Position numbers and translations under genes: made by a program
Notes under the pieces: model-generated
Told to the model about the DNA's origin: nothing
Databases searched by the model: none
Seen by the model: the letters and a program-made list of their open reading frames with translations, nothing else
Part shown: positions 1-8,427 of the stretch, in pieces
How positions within the stretch are numbered: position 1 is the stretch's first letter
How the letters are laid out: every line of letters begins with the position of its first letter
DNA from: an uncultured Candidatus Saccharibacteria bacterium
Lineage (GTDB): Bacteria; Patescibacteriota; Minisyncoccia; Minisyncoccales; CAYTKG01
Direction of reading: 5' to 3'
NCBI GenBank assembly: GCA_964387175.1
Contig: CAYLVJ010000003.1
Span: 1 to 40,744 of the forward strand
DNA length: 40,744 nucleotides

Positions 1-69
1 AAAGATTGAGAGACGGACGAAATGCACAAAATGTTTTATCGGTTTTACTTGACAAGAGGAGTTTACAAT

Positions 70-98
70 TTGACAAAAATAAAAAGTTGTTGTAGCCT
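70..98 (+). promoter_or_regulatory. Candidate sigma70-type promoter upstream of the cold-shock gene (TTGACA-N17-TAGCCT), which would give a ~90-nt 5' UTR
   Basis: TTGACA lies at 70-75. TAGCCT (TAnnnT) lies at 93-98 after a 17-nt spacer. The -10 is weak, and long 5' UTRs are typical of csp genes. Confidence 0.25.
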
Positions 99-193
99 GT
101 AATCAGCTTGAATAAGTGCTCTTAAGGAGAACGAGGTCGGGTTAATCTTTGGGTATAAGTTTAAGCGGTAATTAAAATTTAGTAAACGAGACA

Positions 194-394
194 ATGGAAA
201 AAGGAAAAATCGCACGTCTCATGGACAGAGGTTATGGTTTCATTTCCGTCGAAGGAAAAGAGGAAGACTTGTTCTTCCACGCCAATGATCTTCAAGGCAT
301 TGAATTCAATACCTTGAAAGAAGGTGATGAAGTTTCTTTCGAAGTTAGGGAAGGATCAAAAGGACCTGCTGCCGTGAATATCGAACGTGCATAA
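194..394 (+). CDS. Cold-shock domain protein (CspA family)
   Basis: 66 aa. RNP1-like GYGFI and RNP2-like LFFH motifs are present, and size and layout are typical of CSD proteins. Confidence 0.85.
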   Translation: MEKGKIARLMDRGYGFISVEGKEEDLFFHANDLQGIEFNTLKEGDEVSFEVREGSKGPAAVNIERA

Positions 395-404
395 GGTAAC
401 TTAA

Positions 405-438
405 AGAAAAAGAGCTCCTTCGGGAGCTCTTTTTCTTT
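405..438 (+). terminator. Rho-independent terminator after csp
   Basis: GAGCTCC (411-417), TTCG loop, GGAGCTC (422-428), followed by TTTTTCTTTT. An A-run on the 5' side could make it bidirectional. Confidence 0.75.
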
Positions 439-484
439 TGTTTTATTTCCCCTATAATCAAAATAAGTTAATCAATAATTTTTT

Positions 485-1327
485 ATGAACAAAAAAACAG
501 TAGCGATAATTTCTTTTTCCTCTTTACTTTTTTTAGCAGGGGCCTTTTTAGCAATCCGTTTTGTCGATTTTACCGATTTCAGCATCTGCAAAAGGGAGCC
601 TGTTCCTTATGATGAAGAAACAAAAAGCGACATCAGGGTTGAAACTCCACAACCTAACGATGTTGTGGCAAGTCCTTTTGTGGTAGGAGGAGAAGCCCGG
701 GGAACTTGGTTTTTCGAAGCGGTTTTTCCTGTAAAGTTGGTTGATGAAAAAGGAGAAACAATTACAACTGCAATTGCCACGACAAAGGAAGAATGGATGC
801 AGGAAGATTTTATTCCTTTCCAAGCTGAGGTTGAGTTTAGTAACCCAAGCACAGACAAGGGTTTTTTAATTTTAGAAAAAGCAAACCCTTCAGGTTTACC
901 CGAGCATGCGGATGAAGTCAAGATCCCTGTTCGCTTTGAAGTAGAAACAACCACCCTTGACCTTTATTTCAACAACACTGAAACCAACTCCATTTGTGAA
1001 AACGTAACTTCAGTTTCCAGAGAAGTTCCTAAAACGGAAGGAATAGCCCGGGCCGCTTTAAATGAGCTTTTAAAAGGTCCTACCGATGAAGAAAAAAAAC
1101 AGGGTTTCACAACGAGTATTAACGAAGGAGTAGAAGTAAAAAAGATTGTTATAGAAAATAAAGTAGCAGAGATTGATTTTAATGATCGTCTCGGATGGCA
1201 GGTCGGAGGCTCATGCCGGGTGGGGGCAATAAGGGCACAAATAGAAGAAACCTTAAAACAGTTTTCAACAGTTAGCGAGGTGGTTATCTCTATTGAAGGT
1301 CAAAAGGAACTAATTTTACAACCTTAA
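485..1327 (+). CDS. Membrane-anchored protein with an Ig-like (Gmad2-type) region and a GerMN-like domain
   Basis: N-terminal TM helix (VAIISFSSLLFLAGAFLAI). The C-terminal block GIARAALNELLKGPTDEEKKQGFTTSI resembles GerMN domains. Confidence 0.5.
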   Translation: MNKKTVAIISFSSLLFLAGAFLAIRFVDFTDFSICKREPVPYDEETKSDIRVETPQPNDVVASPFVVGGEARGTWFFEAVFPVKLVDEKGETITTAIATTKEEWMQEDFIPFQAEVEFSNPSTDKGFLILEKANPSGLPEHADEVKIPVRFEVETTTLDLYFNNTETNSICENVTSVSREVPKTEGIARAALNELLKGPTDEEKKQGFTTSINEGVEVKKIVIENKVAEIDFNDRLGWQVGGSCRVGAIRAQIEETLKQFSTVSEVVISIEGQKELILQP

Positions 1328-1336
1328 TTTTTTGAA

Positions 1337-2095
1337 ATGAAGTTTTCTTTTTTAACACTTAATCTTTGGTACGGGAAAAATTGGAAAAAAGTGCTGGAAT
1401 TTCTCAAAAAGAAAAAGCCGGATGTGTTCACCTTTCAGGAAGTTACAAGAAACATTCCTCGTTTCAACTTAGAAAAGGTGGACATCTTTAATGAAATTAA
1501 AAAGTTTTTTCCAGATTACAACAGCTCCTTTGCTCCTATTTGTTCTTCGCGTAAAAAGAAAAAGTATTTCTCTTCGGGTAACGCCACTTTCTCTCGTTTT
1601 CCTCTTTTAAACTCTGAAGTCCTTTTTTTTAGTCTCCCTGATGAAAAAAAAGATTTTTCAAATACCTTTAGTAAAAAAATAGATCGAAACGTGTTAAAAG
1701 CTTCTTTTAAAATCGGAAAAAGGGTGGTTTCCGTTTTTAACACTCATCTTTCTATGTCGCCGAATTTTAAAAACAACCCGAGAAAAAGAAAAGAAGCCAA
1801 GGAGCTTTCAGAATTTATTAAAACAAAAGCCCCGGTTCTTCTTGCCGGAGACTTTAACGCTCTTCCTGAAAGTGAAGTCGTTAAAATTTTATCTAAAAAG
1901 CTTTCCTTTTTGGATAAAAAGAAAAACCCTACCTGGCCGAGGCATCCTTTTTCGAAGGGAAATGTTAAAGCAGACAAACCAAGTTACAAAATTGATTTTA
2001 TCTTTAAAAACGAAAAGATAAAATGTAAAAGCTATGAGGTTTTAGACGAAGATTTTTCGGATCATCTGCCCATTTTAGCTAATTTTGTCGTTTAA
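1337..2095 (+). CDS. Endonuclease/exonuclease/phosphatase (EEP) family protein
   Basis: EEP motif series: LTLNLW, FQEV, GNATFSRFP, FNTHL, LAGDFNA, IDFIF, SDHLPI. Confidence 0.8.
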   Translation: MKFSFLTLNLWYGKNWKKVLEFLKKKKPDVFTFQEVTRNIPRFNLEKVDIFNEIKKFFPDYNSSFAPICSSRKKKKYFSSGNATFSRFPLLNSEVLFFSLPDEKKDFSNTFSKKIDRNVLKASFKIGKRVVSVFNTHLSMSPNFKNNPRKRKEAKELSEFIKTKAPVLLAGDFNALPESEVVKILSKKLSFLDKKKNPTWPRHPFSKGNVKADKPSYKIDFIFKNEKIKCKSYEVLDEDFSDHLPILANFVV

Positions 2096-2105
2096 AAACC
2101 AAAAA

Positions 2106-4088
2106 ATGACTTCTAAAAAACAAAATAACAATTTCCTTTCTCGGAAAAAAAAGCTTTTTTTAGGAGGATTAACCCTTCTTTTTTTAGCTGTTGGGTCACT
2201 TTTTGCTTCTCAGTCCACGTCTTGGCAGTTTGATTTAAATTCCCAATGCGATTTGCCCAAACTGCCGAGTGGAAAAATCCGTAGAGTAACAGAAGTTTTA
2301 GACGGAGACACCTTTATCATAGAAGGAGGCCACTCGGTAAGAGTACTGGGAATTGATGCTGATGAAAGAGGAGACCCCTGCTATCTTGAGTCAAAAAAGA
2401 GGTTGGAAGAGCTTGTTTTAGGTAAGAAGATAGTTCTTAAAAAAGGAGAAGAGGATTATGATCAATACTGCCGTTATCTAAGGTGGCCCTTTCTTTCAGA
2501 TGAAAATGTGAGTTTGAAAATGGTGGAGGAAGGTTTTGCTGTCTCTCTTTTTTTTAACGAAAAAAACGAGTACCGGGAAGAAATAGAAAGAGCGGAAAGA
2601 TCAGCCAAACTCTCTTCCACCGGCTGCATGTGGCAGGAAGAAAAAAGGGAGAATACTTTTGAAGAAAGCAGTGAAGATTTTATTTGGCAAGACTTAAACT
2701 CTCAAAACACCGGATTGGAAGTTGTCGGAGCTTGCGAAGCTGAAGAGAGGATGGGTGATAATTTAATAATAGAGGGGCGGGTTATAGATGCTTACAAGGA
2801 CAGAAAGACAAACACAGTTTTTTTAAACTTTAAAGAAGCTTTTCCCAACCAATGCTTTTCCGCCGTCATTTTTGACTCCGACCTTTACAAGTTTGTTAAA
2901 GATCCCCACGAATTTTATCTAGAAGAGTTTGTAAGGATTAAGGGTGAAGTTGAAAAATACGAAGGTCAAGCTCAAATTGTTTTAAGTGAGCCTTCTCAAA
3001 TTGAGGTGGGCAGAAGAAAAGTAAGAGGAGAAGTGGATTTAACGGATGAGAAGTTGAGGGAAAGAATAGGACAAATGATCATGGTCGGCTTCAGAGAAAC
3101 CGAAATAGAAGAAGATTCAAAAATAACTCAAGCTATTCAAGAGGTAAAGATAGGAGGAGTTTTTCTTTTTGATATTGACAATGTCACTCAAAGTTTTCCC
3201 CGCAACATTAAAAACCCAAAACAGTTAGAAAACTTAACCAAGGATCTTCAAAAATACTCGCAAACTCCGTTGTTTATAGCTGTTGACGCGGAAGGGGGAA
3301 ATGTCCACCGCTTAAAAGAAGAGTACGGCTTCAGGGGTTTTCCTTCCGCCAAAGAGTTAAGCGCCATGACAAAAGTAGAGCGGGAAAAAGAAGTTAAAGC
3401 CCTAGCCGAGGAGCTTGAAGGGTTGGGCGTCAACATGAACCTGGCTCCGGTTTTAGATTTGAATCTAAACCCCGACAACCCTATTATCGGAGCGCTTGAC
3501 CGTTCTTTTTCATCCGATCCGGAGGTTGTAACTGAAATAGGGCGGGAATTTGTAAGTTTTCATAAAGAAAAAGAAGTGGTTGCCGTGGCCAAACACTTCC
3601 CGGGGCATGGAAGTTCTAAAAATGATTCCCACCTTAAAAAAGTTGACGTTACCGACACTTATCAGAAAGAAGAACTTTTACCCTACAAAAATCTCGCCGG
3701 GGAAAACTTTTTAAGTGCGGTAATGACTGCTCACGTGATAAATAAAAACATTGACAGCCGGTACCCAGCTACTCTTTCGGAAAAATTTTTACAAGATATC
3801 TTAAGAGAAGAGCTCGGCTTTAAGGGAGTGATAATTTCTGACGACTTACAAATGGGAGCGATTAAAAACGAGTACAACTTAAAAGAAAGCGTGATTCAGT
3901 CTATCAACGCTGGATGCGACATCTTATCTTTTTCCAACAACGTTGACGAGTATGATCCCGAAATTGCCTGGAGGGTGAGAGATATAATTTATGAAGCGGT
4001 GAAAAGCGGAGAAATTCCCGAGGAAAGAGTGTTAGAATCATCAGAAAAGATTTACACCTTGAAAGAGATTTTTGGTATAATTAGGTGA
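2106..4088 (+). CDS. Membrane-anchored fusion protein: thermonuclease (SNase-like), OB-fold, and glycoside hydrolase family 3 (NagZ-type beta-N-acetylhexosaminidase)
   Basis: TM helix LFLGGLTLLFLAVGSLFA. SNase motifs DGDTFII and VRVLGIDADE. GH3 motifs GQMIMVGF, IAVDAEGG, NLAPVLDL, KHFPGHG and GVIISDDLQMGA. The track start at 2085 is a TTG; the ATG at 2106 is preferred. Confidence 0.75.
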   Translation: MTSKKQNNNFLSRKKKLFLGGLTLLFLAVGSLFASQSTSWQFDLNSQCDLPKLPSGKIRRVTEVLDGDTFIIEGGHSVRVLGIDADERGDPCYLESKKRLEELVLGKKIVLKKGEEDYDQYCRYLRWPFLSDENVSLKMVEEGFAVSLFFNEKNEYREEIERAERSAKLSSTGCMWQEEKRENTFEESSEDFIWQDLNSQNTGLEVVGACEAEERMGDNLIIEGRVIDAYKDRKTNTVFLNFKEAFPNQCFSAVIFDSDLYKFVKDPHEFYLEEFVRIKGEVEKYEGQAQIVLSEPSQIEVGRRKVRGEVDLTDEKLRERIGQMIMVGFRETEIEEDSKITQAIQEVKIGGVFLFDIDNVTQSFPRNIKNPKQLENLTKDLQKYSQTPLFIAVDAEGGNVHRLKEEYGFRGFPSAKELSAMTKVEREKEVKALAEELEGLGVNMNLAPVLDLNLNPDNPIIGALDRSFSSDPEVVTEIGREFVSFHKEKEVVAVAKHFPGHGSSKNDSHLKKVDVTDTYQKEELLPYKNLAGENFLSAVMTAHVINKNIDSRYPATLSEKFLQDILREELGFKGVIISDDLQMGAIKNEYNLKESVIQSINAGCDILSFSNNVDEYDPEIAWRVRDIIYEAVKSGEIPEERVLESSEKIYTLKEIFGIIR

Positions 4089-4113
4089 TTTAAAAAATAA
4101 TAAGGAGTTAAAA

Positions 4114-4875
4114 ATGAAAAAGATAATTGAAATAGGGTTGTTGGTTTTTGCAGTTCTTCTTTTATCGTTTGTTGCTTTTTACACTTTAAACGAAGAGAGG
4201 GAGATTGCGGGAGACGTCTCCCGCATAAAAGATGTTTTTTCCCAGTTAAATGAAGAAAAAGAAAAATCATCAGAAGAAGCTGACTTTTTTGAAGTAGGAA
4301 ATTTGATTAAAAACGTCCCAGGGTTGGAAGAAGATGTTTTGTATCTTAACTACGAAAAACCAGGCGCACCGGCTTTGAAAATGAAACTTGAATTCAACTC
4401 AGAAAGCAAGTGTTTTTTACCCGAAGAAACAAACTGCTCAGCACTTTTTGCTGATGAAAGTTTTGTCGGAGAAAGAGTAAGAGTGGAAGGAGTGGAAAAA
4501 GAAAAAGCAGTAAGCGTGCGCCGTTTACAAGTTGTCGAATCGGAAGAAGGTCCAACAAACAAAGAAGATCGTTTGCAGGAAAAAGCAGAAACCTGGATTA
4601 AGGAAAACGCCCCAACTTATATTTTTGACGGTCGGAACCTTGAATTCGTCGAAAAAAGAGGTTTGGATTTAATAGGATGTGAAAACTGCTATGAATTTGA
4701 ATTCACTTTCGAGTCAACTAATGCCGGTTATGGAGACAGAGAAGGTAAAATCTTAGCCCAAGTTATTACCCCTCACACCATTGTGGTTTTAGTTGAAGAC
4801 GGAGAAGTAACCAATGCGGTTACTGATCAGGTGTTTGACGAAATAAAGGGAGAGTCCTTGGAGCCGCAACTTTAA
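4114..4875 (+). CDS. Membrane-anchored hypothetical protein
   Basis: Long ORF with one of the few clear SD sites in the window (AAGGAG about 7 nt upstream). It has an N-terminal TM helix and no motif I recognise. Confidence 0.55.
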   Translation: MKKIIEIGLLVFAVLLLSFVAFYTLNEEREIAGDVSRIKDVFSQLNEEKEKSSEEADFFEVGNLIKNVPGLEEDVLYLNYEKPGAPALKMKLEFNSESKCFLPEETNCSALFADESFVGERVRVEGVEKEKAVSVRRLQVVESEEGPTNKEDRLQEKAETWIKENAPTYIFDGRNLEFVEKRGLDLIGCENCYEFEFTFESTNAGYGDREGKILAQVITPHTIVVLVEDGEVTNAVTDQVFDEIKGESLEPQL

Positions 4876-5642
4876 AGGAAAAGTCTTTCGGCGTTATGGG
4901 AGGTTCTTTGCTGAACCTCCTTTAAATTTTTCTTTTTTATTCGAGCCACTTCTTGAGCGACAAACTTCAAATTGGCTGGCGTATTTGTTTCTCCTCGGTG
5001 TGGAACGGGAGAAAGATAAGGAGAATCGGTTTCTAAAAGTAATTTTTCAAGGGGAATCAAGGAAACTATTTTTTTTAATTTTTTATCCCAGGTGATGTTT
5101 CCATCTATTCCGAAAAACCAACTTCCCGGGAGATTCAAAATATCTTTTATTTCTTTTTTACCGCCGGCAAAACAATGAAAAACACCCCTCGTTTTACAAT
5201 TTCTTTCCTCTAGTATTTTTATCGCATTTTTTACTGCTTTTCGAGCATGTATGATGAGAGGGAGGCTTGCTTCTTCTGCCAGTTTAATATGTCTTTCGAA
5301 AAGAAAAATCTGTTCTTTTTTATTCATTGAGGCTAGATATCTTTCGGTAAAATCCAGCCCGCATTCTCCAACAGCCTTTACCTCCTTTAAATTTTTTCTG
5401 ATAAAAAGTTCTATCCTTTGAAATTCCTTTTTGGAGTTTCCCCTAAAAGAGGGGTGAACTCCGGCAGAGGAAAAACAAACCCCGAGGTGTTTTTCAGCTA
5501 AAAGAAGAGAGTTCTTAGAAGAAGAAAGGTCAACTCCCGGAACAAGGATTTTTTCAACGCCCTCTTTTTGGGATTCGTTTATTATTTTTCCCACCTTTCC
5601 CGCAAAAGAGGAGTGGTTTAAATGAGCGTGCGTATCAAACAT
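4872..5642 (-). CDS. tatD: TatD-family metal-dependent hydrolase/DNase
   Basis: MFDTHAHLN N-terminus, GECGLDF, PLIIHAR, HCF and ETDSPYL motifs. It overlaps the convergent upstream gene by 4 nt. Confidence 0.85.
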   Translation of the reverse strand: MFDTHAHLNHSSFAGKVGKIINESQKEGVEKILVPGVDLSSSKNSLLLAEKHLGVCFSSAGVHPSFRGNSKKEFQRIELFIRKNLKEVKAVGECGLDFTERYLASMNKKEQIFLFERHIKLAEEASLPLIIHARKAVKNAIKILEERNCKTRGVFHCFAGGKKEIKDILNLPGSWFFGIDGNITWDKKLKKIVSLIPLEKLLLETDSPYLSPVPHRGETNTPANLKFVAQEVARIKKKNLKEVQQRTSHNAERLFL

Positions 5643-5678
5643 TTTTAAAGATTAACGATTATGTTATTATTATACACG

Positions 5679-6608
5679 ATGAAAAATCTTATTATAATCG
5701 GATCCGGCCCTGCCGGCTACACTGCTTCCATTTATGCTAACCGTTACGGAATATCCAATGTTTTGATAGGGGATAAACCCGGGGGCATGATTGCCGACGC
5801 ACACAAGGTCTGTAATTTCCCGGGAGAAAAGGAAATAACCGGACAAAAGTTAGCTCAAAAAATCAGAGAACATACTTTAGCAGAAGGGTGCAGAGAAATT
5901 TTTGAAAAAGTGGTTTCGGTTGAAAAGAAAAACAATCTTTTTGAAGTTGAAACAGGAGACGGAGAAAAAAGAAAAGCTCAAGCTGTTTTGATAGCAACCG
6001 GAAGCAAAAGAAGAAGGTTGGGCCTTGATCAAGAAAAAAAATTCTTAGGTAAAGGGGTTTCTTATTGTGCCACTTGTGACGGACCTCTTTTTAAGGACGA
6101 AGTAGTAGCTGTTATCGGTGGTGGAAACGCTGCCCATACCGCTTCTCTTCTTCTTTCCGAAATAGCCGAAAGAGTCTATGAAATTTACAGGGGAGATAAG
6201 TTGAAGGGAACCAAGGCGTGGGCTGAAAAGATTAAAAAAGACCCCAAGATAGAAATTATCTACAACACCAACGTTATCGGACTAGCTGGTGAAAAAATGC
6301 TTGAGGAGATAGAACTCGACTCTTCTTATCAAGGAAAAGATAATTTAAAGGTAAAAGGTCTTTTTATCGAAATCGGTTCGGTTCCGCAAAGCAAATTGGC
6401 TAAAAAAGCAGGAGTAAAAACAAACAAGAAGGGATATATCAAGGTCAAAGAAGACCAATCAACCAATGTTTCCGGGATTTATGCCGCCGGAGACGTTACC
6501 AACGGCTCTGCCGGGTTTAGACAAGTCGTAACGGCTTGCAGCGAATCAGCCGTAGCTGTTCGCTCTATTTTTAGTTATTTAAAAAATGATTATGAAGAAT
6601 TCCTTTGA
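5679..6608 (+). CDS. trxB: Thioredoxin-disulfide reductase
   Basis: IIIGSGPAGYTA FAD motif, redox-active CATCDG, GGGNAA NADPH motif, AAGDV. The ATG at 5679 places the Rossmann motif at the N-terminus; the track ORF begins at 5661. Confidence 0.85.
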   Translation: MKNLIIIGSGPAGYTASIYANRYGISNVLIGDKPGGMIADAHKVCNFPGEKEITGQKLAQKIREHTLAEGCREIFEKVVSVEKKNNLFEVETGDGEKRKAQAVLIATGSKRRRLGLDQEKKFLGKGVSYCATCDGPLFKDEVVAVIGGGNAAHTASLLLSEIAERVYEIYRGDKLKGTKAWAEKIKKDPKIEIIYNTNVIGLAGEKMLEEIELDSSYQGKDNLKVKGLFIEIGSVPQSKLAKKAGVKTNKKGYIKVKEDQSTNVSGIYAAGDVTNGSAGFRQVVTACSESAVAVRSIFSYLKNDYEEFL

Positions 6609-7818
6609 AAAAGCTGTAAAAAAAGTAAGTGAAGTTGCTGAGTTAATGGGGCTTGAAGAAACAAAAGCAGCTCAAATTAAAAAAATAGATCGTTTTATAG
6701 AAATCAATTTTCCTGTAGAAATGGATGACGGCGGGGTTCAAGTTTTTAAAGGTTTCCGCTCTCAGCATTCTAATGTAAGAGGACCTTACAAGGGAGGGGT
6801 GAGGTTCAGTCCTCATGTTGACGCCGAAGAAGTAAAAGCTCTTTCCTTATGGATGAGTATTAAATGTGCAGTGGCTGACATTCCTTTTGGGGGCGGCAAA
6901 GGAGGCGTAATTGTCGATACAAAAAAAATATCTCAAAAAGAAAAAGAAAGAATCTCCAGGGGTTACGTAAGATCACTTTTTTTCTGTCTAGGGCCCGAAA
7001 AAGATGTACCCGCCCCTGATATGTATACCGGTCCGCAGGAGATGGACTGGATGCTGGATGAATTTTCAAAAATCAAAGGAGAAAAAACTCCCGCCTTTGT
7101 TACGGGTAAACCGATAGAAAGCGGAGGGGCAAAGGGAAGAGTTGAGGCCACCGGTCAGGGAGGTGTTTTTGTCCTTGAAGAAGTTTCACATAAATTGAAT
7201 TTGACTCCTCAAAAAACCGAGGTGGCTATCCAGGGCTTTGGAAATGTTGGATATCACTTTGCCCTGGCAGCTGAAAAGTTAGGGTTTAAAATAACGGCTC
7301 TTAGTGATTCCAAGGGGGGTATTTTTAATCCCGAAGGAATAGATATTAAAAAAGCTAAAGCGCACAAGAAAAAAACGGGCGCTTTGAGAGGCTTGCCTGG
7401 AACGTCGGATCTTCCCAGTGGAGAAATCTTAAAGCTAAAAACAGATGTTCTTGTTCCTGCTGCCTTAGAAGAGGTGATTAATATAAAAAATGCAAAAGAG
7501 ATAAAAGCTCCCCTAATAATCGAAATGGCCAATGGGCCCACCACCCCCGAGGCAGACAAAATCTTAAACCAAAAAGAGAAGATCATTATCCCTGACGTTT
7601 TAGCCAACTCGGGGGGCGTTACAGTTTCTTATTTCGAGTGGCTGCAAAACAAAAAAGGAGAAAAGTGGCCAAAAGAGAAAGTCTTAAAAAAATTAAGACA
7701 AAAAATTAAGAAAGCTTTTCAAGAGGTGTGGCGGGAAAAAGAAAAAGGGGACTATAGTCTTCGAACCGCTGCCTACATCCTCGCCTTAAAAGGAATTTCT
7801 AGGGAAATAAAAGATTAA
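6586..7818 (+). CDS. gdhA: Glutamate dehydrogenase (Glu/Leu/Phe/Val dehydrogenase family)
   Basis: KGGVRF, PFGGGKGG and GFGNVG motifs; 410 aa. Confidence 0.85.
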   Translation: MIMKNSFEKAVKKVSEVAELMGLEETKAAQIKKIDRFIEINFPVEMDDGGVQVFKGFRSQHSNVRGPYKGGVRFSPHVDAEEVKALSLWMSIKCAVADIPFGGGKGGVIVDTKKISQKEKERISRGYVRSLFFCLGPEKDVPAPDMYTGPQEMDWMLDEFSKIKGEKTPAFVTGKPIESGGAKGRVEATGQGGVFVLEEVSHKLNLTPQKTEVAIQGFGNVGYHFALAAEKLGFKITALSDSKGGIFNPEGIDIKKAKAHKKKTGALRGLPGTSDLPSGEILKLKTDVLVPAALEEVINIKNAKEIKAPLIIEMANGPTTPEADKILNQKEKIIIPDVLANSGGVTVSYFEWLQNKKGEKWPKEKVLKKLRQKIKKAFQEVWREKEKGDYSLRTAAYILALKGISREIKD

Positions 7819-7829
7819 ACTAATCTTAT

Positions 7830-8423
7830 ATGAAATACGATTTAAACAAGGAAAGAGTCGAAGAAATAATGAAAATTGAAGGTGAAGCCCGGGGAGCAGC
7901 CATTAAAACTGATTGGTCTTTCGTAAAGGATAAGTTTGGAGAAGAAGGAATTAAAAAAATAGAAAAAAGAATGGCTGAGTTGGGGCATCCTTTAAAATAC
8001 GAAGAGATTAAAACTATGAGTTTTTATCCCTTGGGAATAGATCTTCTTTCTATATTGGTAATAGGAAAAGCCTTTAGTTTCGAAGAAAAAGATTTTGTTG
8101 ATATGGGACGAAAAGCTTTTAGATTTTCAATCTTTCTAAAGCTATTTTTGCGCTACTTTACTTCTCTTGAAAAAATGGCTGAACAAGCCCCCAAAATGTT
8201 TAAAAAACATTATAGTATTGGGAGTCTTAGGATGAAAGAGATTGAAGAAAAAAAAGCAGTAGTAACATTAAAAAACTTTGATGTTCACAAAGTTTACTGT
8301 TTAACCCTACAGGGTTATCTTCCTGAAGTAACAAGCATGGTTCTTAATAAAGAAATAAAGTGCGAAGAGGTAGCATGCACTCATGAAGGAGACTCCTATC
8401 ATGAATTTGTTCTCACTTGGTAG
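7830..8423 (+). CDS. V4R/DUF2378-like small Cys/His-motif protein, paralogue 1 of 4
   Basis: Aligns along its full length with 21305-21904, 24006-24602 and 25517-26119. The C-terminal GY...CEEVAC-x7-HEF signature resembles V4R domains. Confidence 0.6.
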   Translation: MKYDLNKERVEEIMKIEGEARGAAIKTDWSFVKDKFGEEGIKKIEKRMAELGHPLKYEEIKTMSFYPLGIDLLSILVIGKAFSFEEKDFVDMGRKAFRFSIFLKLFLRYFTSLEKMAEQAPKMFKKHYSIGSLRMKEIEEKKAVVTLKNFDVHKVYCLTLQGYLPEVTSMVLNKEIKCEEVACTHEGDSYHEFVLTW

Positions 8424-8427
8424 CTGT

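Noticed and set aside
395-484. A promoter for the 485 gene around TATAAT at 452-457.
   Set aside because: The -10 is good but I found no acceptable -35, and the ATG is 27 nt away. Support is too weak to list as a feature.
548-954. Antisense ORFs in the track, such as 548-823 and 607-954. The same applies to 15662-16126, 17507-17782, 18094-18565, 23571-24023, 33730-34075, 38964-39328 and other minus-strand ORFs.
   Set aside because: All lie inside strongly supported plus-strand genes. They have Ser/Phe/Leu-rich shadow-frame composition and no motifs.
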